Below are positions 25,974 to 34,207 of a stretch of DNA of 64,000 nucleotides, piece after piece (position 1 is the stretch's first letter; every line of letters begins with the position of its first letter). The notes below the pieces were generated by a model. It saw nothing but the letters and a program-made list of their open reading frames with translations, was not told the origin of the DNA and did no database searches. The DNA is from an uncultured Pseudomonadota bacterium (GTDB lineage: Bacteria > Myxococcota_A > UBA796 > JAFGLY01). The translations under genes were made by a program, and so were the position numbers. The stretch is taken from positions 17,384-81,383 of the forward strand of contig CALDOK010000195.1 in the NCBI GenBank assembly GCA_937912125.1. The letters run 5' to 3'.

Positions 25974-27872
25974 ATGACGCAGCCATCCGAGCCCCCGAAG
26001 GCCTCTCAGGTCGGTCGCAATGCCGCCATCATCGCCGCGGCGGCGGCGGTTGTGCGCCTGTCGGGCTTGGTGCGAGAGATCATCTTCGCCAACTACTTCG
26101 GCGCGGGGATGAGCACAGACGCCTACAACGCGGCCTTCCGCGCGGCCCAGTTCTTCCGGGAGCTGCTGGCCGAGGGCTCCCTGGCCAACGTCTACGTGCC
26201 CGTCTTCGCCGAGACCGAGCAGAGGGACGGCCCCGCCGCCGCCTGGCGCCTGGCCAATGCACTGCTGGGCATCATGCTGATCGTGCTGGGCGCGATCACG
26301 GTGGGCACCTTCGTGTTCGCCGAGGCCTGGGTCTACGCCGTGGCCTGGGGCTTCGCCGAAGATCCCGAGAAGTTCCAGCTCACCGCCACGCTGACCCGCG
26401 TCCTGGCGCCATTCCTGGCCACGGTCAGCCTGGCCAGCTTGTGCATGGGTATGCTCAATGTGCGGGGGCGCTTCTTCCTGCCGGCGGTGGCCCCGGCCAC
26501 CCTCAACCTCGCGGTCATCATCGCCTGCTTCCTCAAGGGGCCGTGGGAAGCTGCCACGGGCACCGACGGCATCCTGCTGGTCGGAATCGCCTCGGTCATC
26601 GGCGGCGCCGGGCAGTTCCTGGTGCAGATCCCGGCGCTGATCAAGGAAGGCTGGCGCATCCGGCCCAGCCTGAAGGGCCACCCGGCCCTCAAGAAGCTCC
26701 TGCTGTTCATGGTCCCCGCCTTCATCGGCATCACCACCGTGCAGTTCAACCTGCTGGTGGAGTCCCAGCTGGCGTCCCGCTTCGGCGACGGGCCGGTCTC
26801 GTACCTGCAGTACGCCTTCCGCCTGGTGCAGCTGCCCAACTCTATCGTGGCCGCCGCCGTGGGCACCGCCGCCCTGGCCGGGCTGTCCACCCTGGTGGCG
26901 GCGGGACGCCGCGACGACCTCCCGCGGGCCCTGGGCGAGGCCGTCACGCTGAACAGCTTCCTGGTATTGCCCGCCTCGGTGGGGCTCTACCTGCTGGCCG
27001 ATCCCGTCATCTCCCTGATGTACGAACGTGGCGAGTTCAGCCCCGCCGACGCCCAGGCCACCGCCGCAGTGCTCCGCATGTACGCCATCGCCACCTGGGG
27101 CATCGGCATGCACCGGGTGCTCCTGCCCTGCTACTACGCCATCGGCCATCCCTGGTACGCCATGGGCGTCGCCATCGGCACCATGGCCGCCAAGCTGCCC
27201 GTGGCGCTGGTGCTGGTCTACACCCTCGGCCTGGGCTTCATCGGCCTGCCCCTGTCCCACGGCGTGCTGGTCACCGCCGAGGTGGCCCTGCTGTGGTGGG
27301 GCCTGGGTTCACGGGCCGGAGGCCTTCCCCGCCGCGTGTACGGCGACCACGCCCGCATGGCCCTGGCCGCGGCGGTCATGGGCGCGCTGCTGTGGGTCCT
27401 GCGCCCCTGGTCCCAGGGCGTGATGTTGTTGCCCGTGGTCGTCCTGGCGGGCGGTAGCTACTTCGGCGCCGCCCACCTGCTGGGCCTCACCGCCCCCAGT
27501 GAGGTCATCCGCCGCCTGCTGCCCGGCGGCCGGCCCACGGGCCTGCCCCCCACGGTCGATCCCGACACCCGCGCCAACCTGGCTGCGCTGCTGGGCAGCA
27601 AGCAGGGCGCCATGGAGCTGAGTGCCGGCTTCCTGACCATCGAGACCGACGCCGGCCGCTTCGAGCTGCGCGCCGAGCGCGGGGTGCTCACCCTGCGCCG
27701 CACCGGCGACGGCGTCGGCCAGGGCGAGCCCCTCCCCGTCTCCGCCGTGATGCGCATCGGCCAGGGTCCCCCCGCGCTGCACGGCGTCGTCCTCGGGGAC
27801 GGGGCCTACCGAGCCAAGGCCGACGAGGTGGTGGAAGGCCAGCCTCCTGGACCCGTGCTGCCGGTAGCGTGA
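25974..27872 (+). CDS. murJ: Lipid II flippase MurJ (MviN) with a ~100-aa C-terminal soluble extension
   Basis: ATG 25974 lies within the 24702..27872 ORF. GRNAAIIAAAAAVVRLSGLVREIIFANYFGAGMSTDAYNAAFRAAQFFRELLAEGSLANVYVPVF is the classic MurJ N-terminus, followed by 14 hydrophobic segments. Confidence 0.9.
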   Translation: MTQPSEPPKASQVGRNAAIIAAAAAVVRLSGLVREIIFANYFGAGMSTDAYNAAFRAAQFFRELLAEGSLANVYVPVFAETEQRDGPAAAWRLANALLGIMLIVLGAITVGTFVFAEAWVYAVAWGFAEDPEKFQLTATLTRVLAPFLATVSLASLCMGMLNVRGRFFLPAVAPATLNLAVIIACFLKGPWEAATGTDGILLVGIASVIGGAGQFLVQIPALIKEGWRIRPSLKGHPALKKLLLFMVPAFIGITTVQFNLLVESQLASRFGDGPVSYLQYAFRLVQLPNSIVAAAVGTAALAGLSTLVAAGRRDDLPRALGEAVTLNSFLVLPASVGLYLLADPVISLMYERGEFSPADAQATAAVLRMYAIATWGIGMHRVLLPCYYAIGHPWYAMGVAIGTMAAKLPVALVLVYTLGLGFIGLPLSHGVLVTAEVALLWWGLGSRAGGLPRRVYGDHARMALAAAVMGALLWVLRPWSQGVMLLPVVVLAGGSYFGAAHLLGLTAPSEVIRRLLPGGRPTGLPPTVDPDTRANLAALLGSKQGAMELSAGFLTIETDAGRFELRAERGVLTLRRTGDGVGQGEPLPVSAVMRIGQGPPALHGVVLGDGAYRAKADEVVEGQPPGPVLPVA

Positions 27873-27954
27873 CAGGGCGACGTATCCGCCGTGGCGATCG
27901 AAGCACGCGGCGGCTAAGGTCGGGGCGTCATTCCACCTCGAGCGAGGTTCGTCC

Positions 27955-29538
27955 ATGAAGGTCGCGCTGATCAACCCCACGCCCATGGACCACTACGCGC
28001 CCGCGCTGCGAGCGCTGGCCGCCTACCTCAAGGCCCACGGGCACGAAGCGCGCATCATCTTCCTCCCCGCCGACACCTACGGCACCCGCTTCAAGAAGGG
28101 CTCTGCCGCCATCATCCAGGCTCCCCAGCCCATGATCGAGGATCTGCTGGGGCTGGTGGAAGACTGCGACATGGTGGGCATCAGCTTCCTCTCCACCATG
28201 TTCGACATGGCGGTGCAGGCCACCCGCGCCATCCAGAAGCGCTTCCCCGACAAGCCCATCGCCTGGGGCGGCTTCCACCCCACCACCATGCCCCAGCAGG
28301 CGCTGCAGTTCGTGGACATGGTCTGCGTGGGCGAGGGCGAAGAGGCCATGCTCGAGCTGGTGGACCGGCTCGAGGCGGGCAAGGAGCCCTGGGACATCCG
28401 CAACTGGTGGTTCCGCAAGCCCGACGGCCGGGTGGTGGGAAACCCCATCCGTCCGCTCATCCAGGATCTCGACACCATCCCCTACCAGGACTTCGAGCTC
28501 GAGGACGACTGGTCCTACGACGACAAGAAGCAGCGCCTCATCCGCCTGGACTGGGACCGCTGGCGCAACGTCGGCCCCCGCTACATCGACCGCGCCGGCA
28601 CCATGCGCCTGGCCTACAAGACCATGATCACCCGCGGCTGCCCCCACAAGTGCAGCTACTGCGGCGTGGCCTTCGCCCACGACCTCTACAAGGGCCAGCG
28701 CTACCTGCGCCGCCGCTCGGTGGAGCACATGATCGGCGAGATCAAGGCCGTGGTGCGCCGCTGGCCGGAGATCGGCATGGTCCACTTCCAGGACGACGTC
28801 TTCTTCTCCACCTCCACCGCCGAGATCGTCAAGTTCTGCGAGCACTGGAAGCGGGAGATCGGCATCCCCTTCCGGGCCCAGTGCTCCCCCACCACCATCA
28901 ACGAAGAGAAGTACTCAGCGATGGTGGACGCCGGCCACGTCTTCACCGAATTGGGCATCCAGACGGGCTCCGCCGACGTGATGAAGATGTACAAGCGCGG
29001 CATGACCAACGAGCAGCTGCTCAAGGCCGTCAACATCATCACGAAGTACGTCGATAAGACTCAGATCCCCGACTACCACGTCATCCTGGACAACCCCTGG
29101 GAGACCACCGAGGACGTGCTCAAGAACCTGCGGCTGCTGTGGACCCTGCCGACCCCGTACAACCTGCTGCCCTCGAGCCTGGTGCCCTACCCCGGCACCG
29201 AGTTCTACCACAAGACCATCGAGGACGGCTTCGTCACCGACGAGTACAACCAGATCTACCGCAAGGGCTTCCACACCCCCAACGGCTCCTATCTCAACTT
29301 CCTGTTCTTCCTCACCATCTTCAACAACCTCCCCAAGGAGACCGTCGAGTTCCTGGCCCAGGACCGCTTCGTGCGCCTGTTCAACCAGCGCAAGTACGAC
29401 CACTTCTGGGGCAAGGTCTACCAATATGGCGAGGTCTTCAGACAGGTCCAGAAGCTCTCCACCTTCGCCATGAAGGGCAAGCTCCTGGAGATCCCCAGCA
29501 TCCGCGAGCTCAAGCGCGTCGCGAACCAGATGAAGTGA
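27955..29538 (+). CDS. B12-binding-domain radical SAM enzyme (class B) no. 1
   Basis: N-terminal Rossmann-like MKVALINP...VGISFLST...VCVGEGE. rSAM motif ITRGCPHKCSYCG (CX3CX2C). ~527 aa. Confidence 0.85.
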   Translation: MKVALINPTPMDHYAPALRALAAYLKAHGHEARIIFLPADTYGTRFKKGSAAIIQAPQPMIEDLLGLVEDCDMVGISFLSTMFDMAVQATRAIQKRFPDKPIAWGGFHPTTMPQQALQFVDMVCVGEGEEAMLELVDRLEAGKEPWDIRNWWFRKPDGRVVGNPIRPLIQDLDTIPYQDFELEDDWSYDDKKQRLIRLDWDRWRNVGPRYIDRAGTMRLAYKTMITRGCPHKCSYCGVAFAHDLYKGQRYLRRRSVEHMIGEIKAVVRRWPEIGMVHFQDDVFFSTSTAEIVKFCEHWKREIGIPFRAQCSPTTINEEKYSAMVDAGHVFTELGIQTGSADVMKMYKRGMTNEQLLKAVNIITKYVDKTQIPDYHVILDNPWETTEDVLKNLRLLWTLPTPYNLLPSSLVPYPGTEFYHKTIEDGFVTDEYNQIYRKGFHTPNGSYLNFLFFLTIFNNLPKETVEFLAQDRFVRLFNQRKYDHFWGKVYQYGEVFRQVQKLSTFAMKGKLLEIPSIRELKRVANQMK

Positions 29539-30719
29539 CCTCCAAGACCCGGCAGCGCCGCCACACGATCCTCAGGCCCATCCTGGCCTGCGCCCTTTGG
29601 ACGGGGGCGCTGGCGCCGGGTGGGGCCCGGGCCTCGGGGTACTACCTGCTCGAGGCCGACCTGCGTGCGGGCGTGGCCGAGGGGCCGACGGCCGAGGGTG
29701 GGCTGGGCCTGTCGCTGTACTCGGACGAGCTCGCAGCCTGGGTCACCGTGGGCGACGACAGCGTCAGCGGCGGCCGCCGCGTCAAGGAGTGGTGGATCGA
29801 GAGCCGCGTCCTGGGCCCCGTCATGGGCACGCTGCCGCCCTCCATGGCCGCCGCGGGCTTCGATGAGCCTACCCGGGTGGGCAAGGCCAACCTGTGGATT
29901 CCGTTCCGCTCCTGGAGCTTCGGCGCCGACTACACCACCGGTCGCTGGCTGGAGTGGGACGCGTCTCACCACCTGCTGCTCAACCTCACGGCGCTGACTC
30001 GCTTCAGCCACCGCAGGCTGCTCTTCGGGCCCACCGTGGGCATCGGCGCCAACCTCACCTGGTGGGAGGGCTGGCGAGGCGACGACTCCAGGCTCATCAA
30101 CACAGGCAAGATCAGCGCCGAGGCTGGCTGGGTGGCGGGCTTCTGCCTGGGCGACGTGAGCTACGCCCAAGCGCGGCTGCTGACCTGGGTGGACGCCTTC
30201 GGCCTGCACCAACACCAGCTGCGCTTCGCCGGAGTCCTGGGCGTCACCGGCATCGAGCGAGGCGTACCCCTGGGCATCGAGCTGCAGTGGGAGCTGGAGC
30301 GGGGTGACGACACAGTGGACGCCCTGCCCGGAGCCAGCAGCACGGTGTCACTCGCCGCCACCTGGCGGCTCATGCCAAGCAACACACGCGTAGACCCAAA
30401 GGCCGTGATCAAGGCCCTCGAAGGCATCGAAGCTGCGCCGGAAGACCGCTCTCCCCCCCTTCCACTGACAGAGCCGGAGCCAGAGCCGGAGCCAGAGCCA
30501 GAGCCAGAGCCAGAGCTGGAGCCAGAGCTGGAGCCAGAGCTGGAGCCGGAGCCGGAGCCGGAGCCGGAAGCCGCAGCGGACACCGACACCGCACCGCCTG
30601 CCGCGGGCCCGCCCGAGGATGACGACACAGACCCCGAGCCACCGGGGAGCGAGCCGACCGGGCCCCATCCTGACGAGGACCGAGACAGCGGCCGAGGTCC
30701 CCAAGGGCCCTCCCTGTGA
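29535..30719 (+). CDS. Signal-peptide protein, beta-barrel-like body plus E-P/E-L-E-P repeat acidic tail
   Basis: GTG 29535 overlaps the rSAM stop (GTGA). TSKTRQRRHTILRPILACALWTGALAPGGARA, then alternating amphipathic strands (LWIPFRSWSFGADYTTGRWLEW, FAGVLGVTGIERGVPLGIELQWEL), then TEPEPEPEPEPEPEPELEPELEPELEPEPEPEPE. Confidence 0.6.
   Translation: MTSKTRQRRHTILRPILACALWTGALAPGGARASGYYLLEADLRAGVAEGPTAEGGLGLSLYSDELAAWVTVGDDSVSGGRRVKEWWIESRVLGPVMGTLPPSMAAAGFDEPTRVGKANLWIPFRSWSFGADYTTGRWLEWDASHHLLLNLTALTRFSHRRLLFGPTVGIGANLTWWEGWRGDDSRLINTGKISAEAGWVAGFCLGDVSYAQARLLTWVDAFGLHQHQLRFAGVLGVTGIERGVPLGIELQWELERGDDTVDALPGASSTVSLAATWRLMPSNTRVDPKAVIKALEGIEAAPEDRSPPLPLTEPEPEPEPEPEPEPELEPELEPELEPEPEPEPEAAADTDTAPPAAGPPEDDDTDPEPPGSEPTGPHPDEDRDSGRGPQGPSL
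30471..30569 (+). repeat. (GAG-CCR)n / (GAG-CTG-GAG-CCA)n tandem repeat encoding the EP/ELEP tract
   Basis: gagccggagccagagccggagccagagccagagccagagccagagctggagccagagctggagccagagctggagccggagccggagccggagccggaa. Confidence 0.9.
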
Positions 30720-30775
30720 GCCCGCTCGCGCAGCCGCCCCTCGTCGCGTCACATCGAGCCGGCTAAGGGGACTTC

Positions 30776-31387
30776 ATGACCAAGCACCAGTCCGAAGCGG
30801 AGCGCCGCTCCCAGATCCTCGACGCCGCCCGCATCCTGTTCGTGGAGCAGGGCTTCCTGGCCGCCCGCGTCGAGGACATCGCGCGCAAGGCCGGCCTCTC
30901 CAAGGGGGCTGTGTACTTCTACTTCTCGTCCAAGAAGGCCATCTTCGAGGCCCTGGCGGAGCAGGAATACTCACGCACCATCACCTTCCTGCTTCAGGCC
31001 CAGGCGGCGCCCATCCCCGCCAGCCAGAAGCTCTTCATCATGGCGCGCCAATACCTCGACTACTTCTCGGGGCTCGAGGATCCCCCTCGCTTCTTCCTGC
31101 TGATGACCGAGATGGCCATCCGCGACGAGGCGATCCGCGAGAACGTCCAGGCCATCCACGAGCGCTACATCCAGGGCCTGGCCAGCATCATCTCCCAGGG
31201 CTGCGACGAAGGCATCTTCCGGCCGGTGGACGCCGAGTCCCTCTCCACCCTGCTCAAGGCGCTGATCGACGGGCTCTCCGGCCAGTCCGCCGCAGGGCTG
31301 CGGCCCGACGTCAAGCGCCTCAGCTCCGCCGGCATGGACATCATCCTCCACGGCTTGCTCACCAGTGGGGTTCCCTCCCGTGACTGA
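30776..31387 (+). CDS. TetR/AcrR family transcriptional regulator
   Basis: HTH region RSQILDAARILFVEQGFLAARVEDIARKAGLSKGAVYFYFSSKKAIF. Confidence 0.9.
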   Translation: MTKHQSEAERRSQILDAARILFVEQGFLAARVEDIARKAGLSKGAVYFYFSSKKAIFEALAEQEYSRTITFLLQAQAAPIPASQKLFIMARQYLDYFSGLEDPPRFFLLMTEMAIRDEAIRENVQAIHERYIQGLASIISQGCDEGIFRPVDAESLSTLLKALIDGLSGQSAAGLRPDVKRLSSAGMDIILHGLLTSGVPSRD

Positions 31388-31775
31388 CGTCGCTCCCATC
31401 CGCAACGCCACCCGGCACGCGCGCATGCGCTGGTTCGGCGTGGGCCTGTTCCTCGCGGGCGTGCTCGCCATCGGCGCCGCCCTCGCTGGCCTGCCCCTGG
31501 GGATCACCCGCGTCGGTGATGTGTTGGTGTGTCTGTTCGCCACGGGCTTGGGCCTGGGCACCTTTGGCAGCCACAACGACACCGCCCTCGCCTTGCTGCG
31601 CGACAACCGCTGGCACGAGGCGATCCCCCGGGCGCTCGGGCGTGAGATCGACGGCGAGGTGCTCTTCAACCGCCTGGATCTGTCCGAGCTCGAGGCCATC
31701 CCCAAGACCGCCTGGTTCCTCACGGTCGCGGCGCCGCTGGTCTTCGCCTGGGCCGTCTCGCGGCTCGTGTTATAG
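31365..31775 (+). CDS. Small membrane protein (3-4 TM), unknown function
   Basis: Overlaps the TetR 3' end (GTG 31365 or GTG 31380). Hydrophobic segments WFGVGLFLAGVLAIGAALAGL, VLVCLFATGLGLGTF, AWFLTVAAPLVFAWAV. Confidence 0.55.
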   Translation: MGFPPVTDVAPIRNATRHARMRWFGVGLFLAGVLAIGAALAGLPLGITRVGDVLVCLFATGLGLGTFGSHNDTALALLRDNRWHEAIPRALGREIDGEVLFNRLDLSELEAIPKTAWFLTVAAPLVFAWAVSRLVL

Positions 31776-31832
31776 GCGCGACACATCGCCTCTCGACTTT
31801 CTTCTTTCTTCCTCGACCAACAGGAGTTCACC

Positions 31833-32420
31833 GTGGCCATCCTCGACCTCTTCTCCAGCGTCGTCTCCCGCCCTGCGGGCCGCATCCTCGAGAGCTCCGT
31901 CCGCACCCTGGTCAACGATCTCATCCGCGACCACGACCTCGCCTCCGCCGCCGAGGTCGACAGCCTGCGTCGCAGCCTGCGGGATCTCGAGGGCCGCGCC
32001 GACCAGCTCCAGGCCAAGCTCGGCGCCGCCGAGGGCGAGGTGGCCGAGCTGCGCCAGGCCCTGACCAAGGCCGACCAGCAGCTGGCCGAAGCGCGCGAAG
32101 CCCTGGGCTCCGCCAGCGCCAAGCTCGCCACCCACAGCCACGACGAGCCTGCGGCCCCCGCCGCCGAGCAGCCCCTGCCCGAGGCCCGACCCGAGGCCCC
32201 CGCCACCCCCGAGGGCTGCCAGGTGCCCGGCTGCACCGCGAAGCACCGCTCCAAGGGCTTCTGCTCCAGCCACTACCAGCGCTGGCGGCGTGGCACCCTG
32301 GCTGGCTACGTCCTCACCGATGGCTCGGTCACCGTGGGCGAGAAGACCCGCAAGGTGGGCAAGAAGCTCGCCGGCAGGCCCTACCAGGTCGTGGACGGCA
32401 AGCCGGTGGTGGCCGAGTGA
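31833..32420 (+). CDS. Coiled-coil protein with C-terminal Cys/His zinc-ribbon-like motif
   Basis: AGGAG RBS 8 nt upstream of GTG 31833. Heptad-like region SLRRSLRDLEGRADQLQAKLGAAEGEVAELRQALTKADQQLAEAREAL. C-terminal CQVPGCTAKHRSKGFCSSHYQRWRRG. Confidence 0.6.
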   Translation: MAILDLFSSVVSRPAGRILESSVRTLVNDLIRDHDLASAAEVDSLRRSLRDLEGRADQLQAKLGAAEGEVAELRQALTKADQQLAEAREALGSASAKLATHSHDEPAAPAAEQPLPEARPEAPATPEGCQVPGCTAKHRSKGFCSSHYQRWRRGTLAGYVLTDGSVTVGEKTRKVGKKLAGRPYQVVDGKPVVAE

Positions 32421-32428
32421 CGATCTAG

Positions 32429-32448
32429 GGGCGGGCCTCAACCCGCCC
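32429..32448. terminator. GC hairpin (GGGCGGG-cctcaa-CCCGCCC) between convergent genes
   Basis: Read directly, 9 nt after the TGA at 32418-32420. No U-tract follows. Confidence 0.35.
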
Positions 32449-32549
32449 GCCGGGCCAACCCACGGGTGAGTTCACCCGATCACCCATGCGCTGCGGCGAC
32501 ACCTGCGGTCTCGAGCACGGGAGCCGCAGCGAGTGACCGAAGTGCTCGT

Positions 32550-33599
32550 TCAGTTCAACGGCTTCCACGCGCTGCGGGGAAACTCGGACGACGGAGGCGG
32601 CGCCTCGGCCGAGATGACGTAGTTCGCGCGACGGTTGGCCTGTTCGTCCGTCTCGTCCGGCGTAGAGACCGCCAGCGCCGACTCACCGAAGCCCTGGTAG
32701 TAGATGGGCCGGTCGAAGCCAGCGTCGCGGAACCACGCGGCGATGGCCTGGGCGCGATGCTGGCTCAGGACCTGGTTGCCCCCTGCGTCCCCTACGGTGT
32801 CGGTGTAGCCGCCCACGTAGAGGTTCATCTCGATCTGGGTGGCGGAGAAACGCTGGATGACCTCCCGCGCCTGACGCAGGGCGTCATCGAGCTTGGGCGC
32901 CTCGGCGGGCAGGACCTCCCACTTGGCGGTCTCGAAGACGAGGTCCTCATGGGGGATGTCATAGGACCACGGGAAGAGATCCACCCCGGCCCAGAAGCCG
33001 TCGCTGTCGAGCACCTTCACGTGGATACGGAGCACGTCGGTGCCAGGCTCGCTCCAGTCCAAGGAGATCGGGCTGCCCGGCGGCATGCCGCCCACGGGGG
33101 CGCTGCCGTACCCCACCATCTCCCCCGTCTCGCCATAGACCTCGACCTCGGCCTGCTCCACGCTCCGGTCGGCGGTGAGCACGAGGCTGCGGCCCTCCAG
33201 ACTCAGCTGCTCGCGAGGCACCAGGACCTGCATAGGAGGGAGCTGCTGCACCTCGAAGGACAGGGGCATGTCGCCGCTGTCTTCCCCGAAGGTGGCGGAG
33301 AGGGTGCCGCTGCAGGTGACGCGCCCCACCGGGATCTCGATGGGGATCGAGACCAGATCTCCGCTGCCCATGGCGCCGCTGTGGGAGACCTGAGTGCCGC
33401 CGCAGCGCAGCTTCACGGTGTACTGGTCCACGGGAACATAGCCGCGCAGGATCAGGGCGGGATGGGACGAGCCTTCCTGGCCCTTGGCCACGAGCTCCAA
33501 GGTGATGGGCTCGCCGTCCTGGGCGGTGGCCGGGGCCAGCAGCGCGAGGGGGAGCAGGGTACACACGAGCGCGAGCGCGGGGAGTCCGTTGCGGTCCAT
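32550..33599 (-). CDS. OmpA-family protein (secreted N-domain plus OmpA C-terminal peptidoglycan-binding domain)
   Basis: ATG 33599 lies within ORF 32550..33821: MDRNGLPALALVCTLLPLALLAPATA. C-terminal NLYVGGYTDTVGDAGGNQVLSQHRAQAIAAWF...RRANYV. Confidence 0.85.
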   Translation of the reverse strand: MDRNGLPALALVCTLLPLALLAPATAQDGEPITLELVAKGQEGSSHPALILRGYVPVDQYTVKLRCGGTQVSHSGAMGSGDLVSIPIEIPVGRVTCSGTLSATFGEDSGDMPLSFEVQQLPPMQVLVPREQLSLEGRSLVLTADRSVEQAEVEVYGETGEMVGYGSAPVGGMPPGSPISLDWSEPGTDVLRIHVKVLDSDGFWAGVDLFPWSYDIPHEDLVFETAKWEVLPAEAPKLDDALRQAREVIQRFSATQIEMNLYVGGYTDTVGDAGGNQVLSQHRAQAIAAWFRDAGFDRPIYYQGFGESALAVSTPDETDEQANRRANYVISAEAPPPSSEFPRSAWKPLN

Positions 33600-33815
33600 C
33601 GTTTGCCTCCGATTTGCCCCACCTAACCCTCCACTCGCCGGGCGGCGGCGGCCCCCATGGGCCCGACTCCGCGACAGCTTTGTCCCAGCGCCAGCCGCTC
33701 CGTGGGACATTCTGGGGGCATGCGCCCGGGCTCTGAGACCCATGGGTTGCCTCCAGGCTTGCGCTGCCTGCGCCATAATGACCGTTCTTCCACGCATGGC
33801 CCTCCAGCCACAGCC

Positions 33816-33831
33816 TGGCACGGGGTTTGCT
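33816..33831 (+). promoter_or_regulatory. Sigma-54 (-24/-12) promoter upstream of flp
   Basis: TGGCACG-gggt-TTGCT matches the consensus TGGCACG-N4-TTGCW exactly. The -12 GC lies 58 nt upstream of ATG 33888. Confidence 0.6.
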
Positions 33832-33887
33832 TACTGCTCTGGTGTCAACAGAGACCTCCCCCCCCCCATCCTCCCGAAGGAGACACC

Positions 33888-34094
33888 ATGAACGCCATCA
33901 CCCGTTTCGTCCGCGAAGAAGAAGGCCAGAGCACCGTCGAGTACATGCTGCTCATCTCCGTGATCGTCATCGCCATCGTCGCCGCCGCCTACATCTTCAT
34001 CCCGACCTTCCAGCAGGGCGTTCAGGCCCTCGCCGAAGACGTCAAGTCCATCCTGGACACCGGAAAGATCGGCAGCACCGGCACCACCCGCTAG
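33888..34094 (+). CDS. flp: Flp/Fap family type IVb pilin (68 aa)
   Basis: GAAGGAG RBS. MNAITRFVREEEG|QSTVEYMLLISVIVIAIVAAAYIF carries the Flp motif G-x-x-x-x-EY plus a hydrophobic helix. Confidence 0.85.
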   Translation: MNAITRFVREEEGQSTVEYMLLISVIVIAIVAAAYIFIPTFQQGVQALAEDVKSILDTGKIGSTGTTR

Positions 34095-34116
34095 ACTGCG
34101 CGTCTCCTTCGCAATC

Positions 34117-34144
34117 GCGGCAGCCCCGGCCCCGGGGCTGCCGC
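34117..34144 (+). terminator. Perfect 13-bp GC stem hairpin after flp
   Basis: GCGGCAGCCCCGG-cc-CCGGGGCTGCCGC, 23 nt after the flp TAG, followed by gttgtg (poor U-tract). Confidence 0.55.
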
Positions 34145-34207
34145 GTTGTGCATCTCGCGGCCCGCGGCAGCGTGATACCAGGCGCAGCACCACTCGCGAC
34201 CCGGACC

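Noticed and set aside
25866-27260. Upstream part of the 823-aa minus-strand ORF 24789..27260
   Set aside because: It is antisense to murJ. Only the distal 350 codons, from ATG 25841, encode a protein with a signal peptide and repeat structure.
29139-29534. Upstream 132 codons of ORF 29139..30719
   Set aside because: They lie out of frame inside the B12-rSAM gene. The plausible start is GTG 29535, which yields a signal peptide and overlaps the rSAM stop.
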